Assembly: GCF_018350175.1 (NCBI RefSeq) | Contig: NC_058369.1 | Location: forward strand, 13,890,001-13,954,000 | DNA: 64,000 bases | Source of the DNA: Felis catus | Lineage: Eukaryota | Reading direction: 5' to 3' | Part shown: positions 1-10,874 of the stretch, one piece after another | Numbering within the stretch: position 1 is the stretch's first letter | Layout of the letters: every line of letters starts with the position of its first letter | Notes under the pieces: model-generated | What the model was told of the DNA's origin: nothing | Seen by the model: the letters and a program-made list of their open reading frames with translations, nothing else | Databases searched by the model: none | Position numbers and translations under genes: made by a program

Positions 1-293
<293 letters not shown>

Positions 294-414
294 TGAATTG
301 GGCCACCCACTCTCCCCTGGAGGCAGGGTCTCCTGACTTGCTGTGTGACACTGGGCAAGTTTCTTCACTTCCTTATGAGATGGGGGGAACGATGCCAACC
401 CATAGCTGAGGTGA

Positions 415-624
<210 letters not shown>

Positions 625-1116
625 GTGTCCATCCACCCATGCATTGCCAAGTGCAGGGGCTCCGCGAGCCTCGCTTGCCCTGTGCCCAGGAGTCCAGGCC
701 AGGGTAGGACCATCCTTGGGCTCCTCTACCCCCGATCCTTCTTCTTTCCCCAGTCCCACTCCTTGCCCCTCCGGGCCCTGGGATTGCCACGCCCCCAATA
801 GGGGGGTGGGATCTGGCCTTGGTTCCTCCCTGCCCCCCCCTTCCCCAGAGTGTGCTACTTTTGTCTTCTATCTTGTAGCTTCTTGAGTATTTGAGCCCCA
901 GTTCTGTGCTGCCTTCCTCTTTCCTCTTTCCTCCCCTTTTGGAGGGTGGGGGCTGAAGGCACAGGGGACCCACCTTGTGCTAGGGCCCCCCTCTTTTACC
1001 CATCTCACCTCCGGAGATCCAGTCCCAAGAGAGGAGGCCCCTGAGAGAGGAGGTGGTGGGCAGCTCCATGCTGGGAGGGCGGCTGAGACTGGGGTTGCAG
1101 CATGGGGGTCGGGAGG

Positions 1117-1122
1117 AATAAA
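1117..1122 (+). terminator. TMEM59L: TMEM59L polyadenylation signal
   Basis: AATAAA about 490 nt after the stop, followed by a U/GU-rich element (cttctgtctgtctttcc, ~1157-1173). Confidence 0.75.
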
Positions 1123-1565
1123 CCATGTATATAAAAGATATTTTGGACTGAGCCTGCTTCTGTCTGTCTTTCCATCTGTCCTTGGGAGAATAGCCTGGGC
1201 ATGGCCAGGACCCCGGTCCACTTGGAGATGGGGACAGCCCTGGCAACTCCCCGTGGCTTGAGGAAGGACAGCCCCTCTGCCGCCCAGCCCACATCACACT
1301 TCTGACTAGGGATGTCCCTAGAAAAGTGGCCTTTGCTACCTGCTTGGCCTGGATGGGTCAGTACCTTTTCTTGCCTCCCTTTTAGGGTCCCTTCTATGAG
1401 ATGCACAGGTAGAGGCTTGAGGGGGGATGTTTGTTAATGTTGTGGCCATCAGGGTTCCATTGCCCTTTCTTTTGGGGATGGAGTTCTGCTCCACTGGGAG
1501 CAGCTTCAGGGCACTGACCTTGGGTCTTATCCCCTTCCCTATCCAAGGGATCCATCCTTGGCATG

Positions 1566-1731
1566 AAAAAATTTGTTTAATGTTTATTTCTGAGAGAGAG
1601 AGAATCCGAAGCGGGCTCCAGGCTCCGAGCTGTCAGCACAGAGCCCGACACCAGGCTCAAACTCACGGACCGTGAGATCATGACCTGAGCTGAAGTTGGA
1701 CCCTTAACTGACTGAGCCACCCAGGCGCCCC
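1566..1731 (-). mobile_element. Can-SINE (feline SINEC_Fc-type)
   Basis: Reverse complement of the GGGGCGCCTGGGTGGCTCAGTC head, with (CT)n and A-rich tail. Imperfect TSD catccttggca/catacttggca. Confidence 0.9.
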
Positions 1732-2524
1732 CATACTTGGCACGCTTACCCCGTACTTTGCATTTCGGGAGGCTTGCAGGACAAGAGCATCCTCCCCCCA
1801 TGAGGCCACAGCCATGGCTCTCCATCCTTCCTGTCCATTCTGCTGACTCCCTGAGATTCTTCCAATAAATCCTCTTTTAGCCTCAGCCAACTGGAGTCAT
1901 TTCTAGTGCCAGCAACCAGAGATTGCTGGGGAGAGTTTGGGACGAGGGGTGTGGTGGTGGTCAACGGGGTGGCGGTTTCCCAGGGCTGATGGACATCTAT
2001 GGGTGACAAGTGCGCTGGGGGAGGGGCTTTGGAGGGAACAAGGTGTGGGGCTGATTATCAGCCCATCCATGCTTCACCTTACCTTGTGTCCCAGGAGGTG
2101 GCGATCCACTTGGGCTCTCTGCCTTTTGCTAGAGTCACCACAGGTGGGAGGTGGGAGGAGGGAAGAGCGAGAAGTCCGAGGGTTTCTCTTCCGGTGTCGG
2201 TCCCTGTATCCCCCAGCCTCCAGCCTGTGCGTGGTCACAGCTCCTCGCTGTTGCTCTCCCAGGGTACTGCGCCACCTCCTGTCGGTTACCCAACCCTGCC
2301 CACACCTCTGCAGATAGCCCCTTTACTACAACTCCTGAAGCATCCATTCTGAGCGGCTCCTGCCTGCACCTTCCTCCCTAACACCATGAACACCAGGACT
2401 CAACATATAGACAATTCAGCCCCCAAGGGATTGTTCTGGGTCCTGGTGGGGTTTCAAGGCAGCCCCTTGGAACGTTGCCAAGAAATGACACCTGGGCAGA
2501 GGTAAGAAGCAACAGCAGGCCCGT

Positions 2525-2665
2525 GCTGCCCAGTAGAGCTTTCTGCGATGATGGAAACGTTCTGTCTGCAACACCCCCCACCCACATAACATTATGGGTC
2601 CCTTGCGATGTGGCCAGTAAGACTGAAGACTTCATTTCTCATTTAGTTAGAGTTAGTGTACATTT
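2525..2665. mobile_element. Probable MER3-like hAT DNA transposon fragment
   Basis: agagctttctgcgatgatggaaacgttctgtctgc...gatgtggccagt resembles the MER3 consensus (by eye). Confidence 0.5.
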
Positions 2666-2804
2666 AAGGTTTTCCCCCTATTTTTGTGTGGTGGTAAGCT
2701 ATATATATCACATATTTTAATCTGTTTTTAAGTGTACAATTCTGTGGCATTAGGTTTGTCGACAATGTCGTGTGACCATCACCACTATTTAAGTGGCTAC
2801 TGTA

Positions 2805-3026
2805 GGGGCGCCTGGGGGACTCAGTCGGTTCAGCTTCTGACTCTTGATTTCAGCTCAGGTCATGATCTCACAGCTTTATGAGTTCAAACCCTGTAGCAAT
2901 CAGGTTCTGTGCTGACAATGCGGATCCTGCTTAAGATTCTCTCTTTCTCTCTCTCTCTCTCTCTCAGCCCTTCCCCTGCTTGCACTTTCTCTCTCAAAAT
3001 AAATAAATAAACTTAAAAAAAAAAAA
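2805..3026 (+). mobile_element. Can-SINE
   Basis: tRNA-derived head, (CT)n, AAATAAATAAA and polyA tail. TSD ggctactgta/ggctaccgta. Confidence 0.9.
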
Positions 3027-4004
3027 GGCTACCGTAACTGCTCAGTCCAGTGCAAAGGGGACCCTAGTGGTCCTTTCTGCCTTGTCCACGGCCTCCCGTC
3101 TCATTGACGCCAAACACCTGGGTGGCATCTTGAGTCTTCCCTGTCCTCCCTCCACCTTATCCCATCGGCAGAGCCTATCTCCCCCACCCCTCCAACCCAC
3201 ATGCTTTTCTTTATCTCCATGGCAACCAGCAAGGTCTAAGCCGCTACCACTTCTCAACCAACCACTGCACCTGCTTCCCCTTGGGGCTCCCCGCTTCCCC
3301 TCCAGCCCCCCTCCAGCTCCATGCAGCAGCTTGGAGCTGCCAGGATAAAGCCATCCGATCCCAGCTATCACCCGCTTCTGGGGTTTCCTGCTGCCACGAG
3401 GAGTCCAAACAGCCACATGTACCACTGAGGCAACCCACCATCTGGCCCCAATCACGTCTCCCATCACTTCCGTGGAGGCTCTCCTATGCTCCGGTCACAC
3501 TGCTTCTCCCTGGATCCCTGGAGCCTACCTTGTTCCTTCCCGCCCCAGGGCCTTTGCATTTGCATGTGCCTATGCCAGGAACTCCCTCATGGCCCTGCTC
3601 TGCCCAAGTCCTCATCTAAAAGGGCTCCTCCTCCGCAAAGGACATCCTGGCCTCCTCAGACTCCTCCTCCAGAAGCCCCTGTTACACCTGTGTTCAGTTC
3701 CTGCACCTGCGCTCACCACATTTATAGTTGATGAATGATCACTTATTTCAATGTTGGCCTTCTTCAACATAATTTCATAAACTCAATGAAGGCAGCTCCT
3801 GAGGGGCTCGTGTGTGACCTGGCATCATGGAGTAGGTATTAATTGTTTTTGTTGGAATGTCTCTCTATTTCTCAGACCCTAGAAGCAGCCTCATCTGGTC
3901 AAGTCCCTTCCGTGCATGGGGTTAGACCTTCTCCCTCCCCTGCTGATCACCACCCCCTCATCAGGAGTCGTTATTGCCCTCAGGCATCACCAGATTTCCT
4001 CTGT

Positions 4005-4198
4005 TTATCATTTATTTATTTATTTATTTTAATTTTAGAGAGGGGTGGGGCAGAGGGGCAGAGGAAGAGAGAGAATCTCAAGCAGGCTCTGTGCTCAGCA
4101 TGGAGCCCGACACAGGGCTCAATCCCTCAACCCTGGGCTCATGACCTGAGCTGAAATCAAGAGTTGGACACTCAACCGACTGAGCCACCCGGGCGCCC
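4005..4198 (-). mobile_element. Can-SINE
   Basis: Typical reverse-complement head (tgagccacccgggcgccc) and T-rich tail. Confidence 0.85.
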
Positions 4199-4209
4199 TT
4201 ATCTGCTTC

Positions 4210-4318
4210 TTTTTGAGATTTTTGTTTTTAAGTAATCTCTACACCCATCGCGGGGCTCGAACTCGCAACCCTGAGATTAAGAGTCACATGCTCCACCGAC
4301 TGAGCCAGCCAGGCGCCC
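4210..4318 (-). mobile_element. Short tRNA-Lys(CTT)-derived SINE / tRNA pseudogene with A-rich tail
   Basis: Minus strand 4314-4242 closely follows tRNA-Lys-CTT (GCTCAGTCGGTGGAGCATGTGACTCTTAATCTCAGGG...GTTCGAGCCCC), followed by TAGAGATTACTTAAAAA. Stems carry mismatches. Confidence 0.8.
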
Positions 4319-4650
4319 TTACCCCTGCTTAACCTTTCAAAGGCTTTCAATATTCGCCAGCCTGGCAGCCACCAATTCCTACCTTTGGGTCTGAAGACAA
4401 AATGGGTCCTACCCTCACGGTTCCCTGCAGTAACATCAGTCAACGGTCTAACCTCCGGGCCTTCGCTAGAGCTGCTCCTTCTGCTCGGAACACCTTTGTG
4501 GATTTGGTAGGAATCTACCTGGCACCCTACGTCGCCCCCTTCTTGCTTCTGAACAGAGCCCGGCTTGGTTTGATCAAGATTATGTGGCTTCGGGCAGCTG
4601 AGCAGCATGACCCAAGCCTTCCCAGGCACGGGTGGGGTTTACTGGGAGAG

Positions 4651-4708
<58 letters not shown>
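4651..4708. repeat. (CA)n microsatellite, interrupted
   Basis: Visible directly in the sequence. Confidence 0.97.
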
Positions 4709-6144
4709 GCTGTCAGCTGGGGTTGTTGAGCTGGGAGGAGGATGTGAGTCTGGAGCTGCCGAGGGCCATTTGTTACCACAGCAACAGAGCCGCCCAGAGG
4801 GACAGAGAGAGACCGTGTCTCTACACGCCATCGCGGGAAGTCCTGGATCAAATGTGCCTGAAGTCCACCCTGTCCCTTTGTGTTTGCCTTAAGCCGGTTT
4901 GCCTTGGAACTGCAAAGTTGTGACTGGTCCCAGTCTCTTTGCCCTCCCTCCCCCCTCTCAAGTCTGAGCCCCCGAGGGCTCGAGGTTCTTGGTATGTTTC
5001 GATGCCATGTGTCTAGTGTGTCAATTCTCGAAGCTCTGGTGACCAGCCTAGGACTGGGCCCAGCGTGGGTGCCTCAGAGATGTGGGATGAATAATGCCAG
5101 GTGGTGTGGGTAGAAACTATGAGTTCTGTGCTGTGTGGTGTGGGGAGAGAAGTCCCTTCCAAATATGTGGCGAGCGGCGGTTGCCCAGAAGAGGTGGCAG
5201 CTGACTTGGGCTTTGAGGGATGGGTGGAATCTGAGAAGGGAGGGTATCCTGGATATGTGGGTGTGTTAGAGGTGTCCCAGGGGTGTGCGCGTGTATATGG
5301 GAGGTGCGTGACTGTGTGCATGTGCAGAGAAAAGCGATGTTCACTTATATACACCTACCCTTTGGAGGGCTTCGTCCACCACCCGCAAAGCCTGCATGGC
5401 CTGGCCCCTGCCACCTCCTGCCTGCTTCTCCCTCTACTTTCCTCTCTCCTTGCTACAACATGCACCTCAGGGCCTTTGCACTGGTGTGCCCTCTATCTAG
5501 AATTCTTCTTCCCTAGATTATCTGGCCCTATTCCTGGATTCATTTTTTTTTTTTTTTAAATCTGATATCACTTCCTCCCTGAGACCTCCTATTCAGCTCA
5601 TCACCTGCTGAGTCTTTCTCCTTCCTTGACTTGCTTACGGCTTCATGATCTGTCTCCTCCCCCACCCCAAACTGGACATGATGCAACAGTCCAGGCTCTG
5701 TTCAGACGCATGATTGGGTCTGCTGTGGCCCCAGCATCCCTACTGGCTGACTTGAGGGATGCCCCAGCAGGGCCGCCTGGAATCGCTGGGGGAGACACGC
5801 CAAGTGCCGGACAAACACCTTTGGGACCCTCTTCCAAGTCACCCCTGTCCCCTTCTCGGAGTCTCAGGAGTGAGAGGGACCTTTGCCTCTGTCCGGGGCT
5901 CGTCCAAGGAGTACGGGCCCGCAGAAGTAACCTCGTGGAAGAGCTCTGACTCTCTATAGCTCTCTGAGCCTCAGTTCCCTTGTCTGTCCCCCCCCCCCCC
6001 AGGTCTGTGAGTCATCTGGGAAGCTGCCCCCTCTGCCCCTTCCTCTGCCTTCCTCCCGCACTGATACAGACCTGATGGAGGGTGGGTGGCTGGCTGGCAT
6101 CATGGCAAAAGGCAGGAGCACCCATGTGTCTGGGGAAGTGCAGT

Positions 6145-6158
6145 GTTGCCATGGCAAC
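6145..6158. promoter_or_regulatory. Perfect RFX X-box palindrome
   Basis: GTTGCCATGGCAAC, an exact 14-bp consensus palindrome. Confidence 0.6.
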
Positions 6159-7148
6159 TGGTGGTCCTGCTTCCCTGGTGACGGCCTGAGTTCTGGGCCC
6201 AGAAGTGGTAATCTGCAGAGGAAGGGAGGAAGGGAGGGAGGCGTCCCTGGCAACATTTATAAACACTTGGAGGAAAGAATGGGGACTCGTGTCTTTCCCC
6301 TTTGGGGTAGGGGTAGTGGTGCGAGTTCAGGGCAGGCCCCAGTTAGGGGCTGCCCAAGTTCCTTCTCGGAGCCAAGCGCCAGCCCAGTGGGGAAGCCGAG
6401 GGGCCTCGAGAAGTCCCATGTCACGTAACACTGCCCACTATCCCTTCGCACCTGGTCCTGCCAGGCTCCGTGCAGCTCGCGGCACTCTCCCTCCTCAGGG
6501 TCCCCACATCCGTTGTTCCCTCTGCCTAAAAGTTTCTGCTCTCCTCCTGGCCAACTCTTCAGCCTGAGTATCGTCTCTGACCTCCTGGCTCAGCCTGGCC
6601 CCTCTAAGTCACTACGCCCCAAATCAAGCCTCTATCATGTTGACAATTAAGTTATTGCTTCTTTGCTTGTGTGATGATTGGTTTAATAAATGTTCCCCCT
6701 GCCAGATGCGACGCGCTAGCAGCCTCAGTCACAGCTGTGTCCCACACACCAAGGAGGCTGCTCTCAATACATCATTGTCGACACTCTCCCTCTCACTCCA
6801 AGCCTTGCCCACATCACCCCAGACAATGTGGTCTCATCTTTGTCCCTCAGGCTCTTTCTGGCACCAGGCTTGGGCCCTACACATCACTTCCACCTGGAAT
6901 GTTCTGAAACATCCTGGGCCCTTCTACAATGTTCTGGAATGTCCCAGAACATCTTAGAACATTTTGTCCCCGGCTTTTATTAGAGCTGGCACATCACCTT
7001 CTCCAAGAGGCTCTCCCTAACCTTCTGGCTACAGCAGTCTACCTCACCTGGTCACCCTCAGCCCATTGCCTTTATGACAGTTACCACCATCTGGAAAGGC
7101 CCTGGTCGTTGATCCTTTCATGTGTCTCAGGTGTGTCTTATGCATTAT

Positions 7149-7360
7149 GGGGCACCTGGGTGGCTCAGTCAGTTGAGGGTCCGACTTCAGCTCAGGTCTT
7201 GATCACGCAGTTCGTGAGTTCAAGCCCTGCGCCCGGCTCTGTGCTGACAGCTCAGAGCCTGGAGCCTACCTCGGATTCTGTGTCTCTGTCTCTCTCTGCC
7301 CCTCCTCCACTCACACTCTATCTCTGTCTCTCTCAAAAATAAATAAACATTAAAAAAAAA
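7149..7360 (+). mobile_element. Can-SINE
   Basis: ggggcacctgggtggctcagtc head, (CT)n, polyA tail. Confidence 0.92.
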
Positions 7361-7610
7361 GAGAATGTGTTATTGCAGAGTATCCTGGAGCATGAGGGCA
7401 AGATACCAGATCTTGTCTGGTATGCATATAGTTAAATTCCCAGTACCTGGCATACAGGAGGTGCATTATAAGCGTGTGTTGATTGAATGGAGGGGGTCAG
7501 GGATGAGACCAGGGGTTGGTGCTGAGCTCCAAAGTAGGACAGCTCTGACATCGTCCTGCTGGGACCTTGGGAGAGTTACTTATCTCCGTGAGCCACAGGG
7601 TCTTTCTTCC

Positions 7611-7630
7611 ATTTATTTATTTTTTAATTT

Positions 7631-7682
<52 letters not shown>

Positions 7683-7825
7683 GGCAGAGGGAAAGAGAGA
7701 ATCCTAAGCAGGCTCCATGTTGAGTGTGGGGCCCGAGGTGGGGCTCGATCTCATGACCCTGGGGTCATGACCTGAGCCTGAATCAAGAGTTGGACACTCA
7801 AATGGCTGAGCCACCCAGGGGCCCC
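7611..7825 (-). mobile_element. Can-SINE with expanded (GA)n at ~7634-7679
   Basis: Reverse-complement head at 7805-7825 and a long GA dinucleotide run. Confidence 0.9.
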
Positions 7826-8560
7826 TCTTCCTTTCTAATTGAGGTGTAGTTTACAAATGGCAAAGTGAGCCCATTTTCACTGTACAGCTCCATGAACGTT
7901 TACACTCTCCTGGGATGGAAATACAGAACACCCCCAGCTCCAGGGGGACCCCGTCATGCCCCCTTTCAGTTGGTTACCCCCTAGAGGTAGCCCCAGGTTT
8001 GACCTCTACCACCTTGGCTCCATCTGACCAGTTTCCTGTTTTGTTTGTTTTTTAATAAGTCAGCTTTAATGAGGCATAATCGCCATCCAATAACACAACC
8101 ATTCTGAAATACCCAGTTCAATGAGTTTTGACAAACGTAAACCTCCCTGTTGTTCCATCACCAAGATAGCAGAATATCCCATCACCCTAAGTGCTGGGCA
8201 GCCAGGAAGGCTCCCTGGAGGAGGAGACCTGCAGCGGACGTGAAAAATGTGGAAGGATGTGCAGAGACCCCTCTGACCTTCCCCTCTGTCATGCCTGAGT
8301 GCACAGTTTCTTGTGGCTGTCATAACAGACGACCACAGACCGGTGGCTTAAAGCGATAGAAATTTATTCCCTCACCGTCCTGGAGGCCGGAAGTCTGAAA
8401 TCAAAGTGTTGGCAGGCAGGCTACCTCTGAAGGCTCTAGGGGAGAATGCTTCTTTGCCTCTTTCCAGCTCTGGTCGCCGCAGGTGTTCCTTGGCTTGTGA
8501 CAGCCTCACCTCAATTTCTGTCTCTGTCTTCACATGGGCTTCTCTCTGTTTGAATCTCCC

Positions 8561-8681
8561 TTTTCTTTTTTTTTTTTAATATTTTATTTTTAAGTAACCT
8601 TTATACCCAACGTGGGGCTTGAACTTATAACGCTGAGATCAAGGGTTGTACACTCCACCAACTGAGCCAGCCAGGCACCCC
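8561..8681 (-). mobile_element. Short tRNA-Lys-derived SINE
   Basis: Same family as 4210-4318. Confidence 0.8.
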
Positions 8682-8744
8682 TGATTCCCCTCCCTTTTTT
8701 TTTTTAGTTTATTTATCTATTTTTTTTTGACAAAGGGACTGAGT

Positions 8745-8997
8745 TCGTTTGTTTATTTATTTAATGTTTACTTTTTTTAAATTTTTTTAAAAGTTTATTT
8801 ATTTTTGAGACAGAGAGAGACAGAGCATGAACGGAGGAGGGTCAGAGAGAGGGAGACATAGAATCCGAAACAGGCTCCAGGCTCGGAGCTGCCAGCACAG
8901 AGCCCGACGCGGGGCTCGAACTCACAGACCGCGAGATCATGACCTGAGCCAAGTTGGAGAGTTGGACGCTTAACCGACTGAGCCATCCAGGCGCCCC
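8745..8997 (-). mobile_element. Can-SINE
   Basis: Reverse-complement head and long T-rich tail. Confidence 0.9.
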
Positions 8998-9530
8998 AAG
9001 AGTTTTCCTCTCTTTATGAGGACACCAGTTAGTGGATTTCGGGCCCACCCTACTCCAGGATGATCTCAGCGTGAGATCCTCACTTTAATTGTTTCTGCCA
9101 AGACTCTTATTCCAAAGGAAGGTCATTTTGAGGTTCCAGGTTAGGTATGTCTTTTGGGGAGGACACCATTCAACTAGCGTCCTGAGAGTTTGTTCAATGC
9201 CTTTTCAGCGAGACTGTTCACCCAGGGGCAGGGCTGTCTTAGTTTTGTCTGGCGCGTGTGTCCCATGCCCACCATGGCCTTTGGTGCACAGCAGACCGTC
9301 AATAGGTACTCGCTGAATGCCTGAATAAAAGTAAAGGAGAAAGGGAGTCAGCATGGGGCTCTGGAAAGGGCTTGAGACTCAGATTGGAGAGCGGGGTTCC
9401 CATTTCCTGACCCTGAGCCTTGGCAGGCTGCTTCCACTGTCTGGGCCCCACCTTCCCTGTTTTGCAAGGTCATCACGAGACCAAGGGTAAAAGGTGATGT
9501 AAAACCCACCATTTTAAAGCGAACAATTCA

Positions 9531-9745
9531 GGGGCACCTGGGTGGCTCAGTCGGTTGAGCGTCCGACTTCAGATCAGGTCGTGAGCTTACGGTTTGTGAG
9601 TTCCAGCCCCGCCTCGGGCTTGCTGCTGTCAGCGCAGAGCCTGCTTCGGATCCTCTGTGCCCCCCACTCCCTCTCCGCCCCTCCCTTGCCTGCTGTCTCT
9701 CTCTCTCTCTCTTTCTCAAAAATAAATAAACGTAAAAAAATAAAG
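9531..9745 (+). mobile_element. Can-SINE
   Basis: Head, (CT)n and tail present. TSD taaagcgaacaattca/taaagtggacaattca. Confidence 0.9.
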
Positions 9746-9854
9746 TGGACAATTCAGTGGCATTCACAGTGTTATGCAACTACCATAGCTAGGAAGAGAA
9801 GAGAGTCTTCGCCCCTTGGGGAGTCGGCATTCTAGGGGGAGGATGGAAATAGAT

Positions 9855-10425
9855 GACAATTCCCCAGAAAGTTCCTCATAGAGCTACCCTCTGGCCCAGC
9901 AATTCCACGCCTAGAGATGTGCCCAAGAGAAGTGAAAACAGGATATCTGTATACACATGTTCACAGTAGCGCTAGTCACAGTCACAAAAAGGGAACAACC
10001 CAAATGTCCATCAATGGATGAATGAATAAATGCAACATAAGCCATCCGCACTACAGAATATTACTCAGTCATTAAAAGGAATGAAGCACTGATATTCGCT
10101 ACAAAGTGGGGGAACTCTGAAAGCATTATACTAAGTAAAATAAGCCTCACCTAGAAGGACACATATTGTATGATCCATTTATATGAAACGTCCCAAACAG
10201 GCAAATTCGTAGAGACAGAAAGAAGGTGGGTGGCTGCCAGGGGCTGGGAGAAGGGGATGGGGAATGACCGCTCATGGGGATGGGGTTTCCTTTTCGGGAC
10301 AATGGAACTGTTTTGGAAGTAGGCAAATGTCATGGTTGTATGACATTGTGAATGCACTAAATGCCATTGAGTTGTACACTATAAAATGGTGAACTTTATG
10401 GTATGGGAAATACATCTCAATTTTA
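9855..10425 (+). mobile_element. Old L1 (L1M-type) 3' end fragment
   Basis: cccagcaattccac, aacaacccaaatgtccatcaatggatgaatg, gagacagaaag...ggtggctgccaggggctggg are typical L1M 3' sequence. Confidence 0.8.
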
Positions 10426-10874
10426 TTTTCTTAATATATTTTTTGAAAGTTTATTTATTTAGGGGCGTCTGGGTGGCCCAGTCGGTAAGCGTCCGACTTC
10501 GGCTCAGGTCATGATCTCACAGCTTGTGAGTTCGAGCCCCGCGTCGGGCTCTGTGCTGACAGCCCAGAGCCTGGAGCCTGCTTCGGATTCTGTGTCTCCC
10601 TCTCTCTCTGCCCCTCCCCCACTCACACTCTGTCTCTCTCTCAAAAATAAATGAGCATTAAGAAAAATTAAAAAAAAGTTTATTTAGTTTGAGAGAGAGA
10701 GAGAGAATGAGCAAGGGAGGGGCAGAGAGAGAGAGAGAGAGAGAGAGAGAATCCCAAGCAGGTTCCACACTATCAGCACAGAGCCTGACACAGGGCTCGA
10801 ACTCATGAACCGTGAGATCATGACCTGAGCTGAAATCAAGAGTCAGACACAAGAGTGAGCCACCCAGATGCCCC
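10426..10874 (-). mobile_element. Can-SINE (outer) carrying a nested opposite-strand SINE
   Basis: TSD TCTCAATTTTA at 10415-10425 and 10879-10889. Body at ~10678-10874. Confidence 0.85.
10462..10677 (+). mobile_element. Can-SINE (inner, inserted into the tail of the outer SINE)
   Basis: Near-consensus feline SINE, flanked by AAAGTTTATTTA at 10446-10457 and 10675-10686. Confidence 0.9.

Larger units (their letters stand above)
8300..9175 (-). mobile_element. MLT1 (ERVL-MaLR) solo LTR interrupted by SINEs
   Basis: ggtggcttaaa...gaaatttattccctcac...ctggaggccggaagtctgaaatcaa...ctctgaaggctctaggggagaat, and after the SINEs gaggacaccagt...ggattt...gggcccaccctactccag. These are MLT1 hallmarks. Confidence 0.75.

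Noticed and set aside
4242..4314. Functional tRNA-Lys gene
   Set aside because: Mismatches in the acceptor, anticodon and T stems, an A-rich tail, and several similar diverged copies in the window indicate a SINE or pseudogene.
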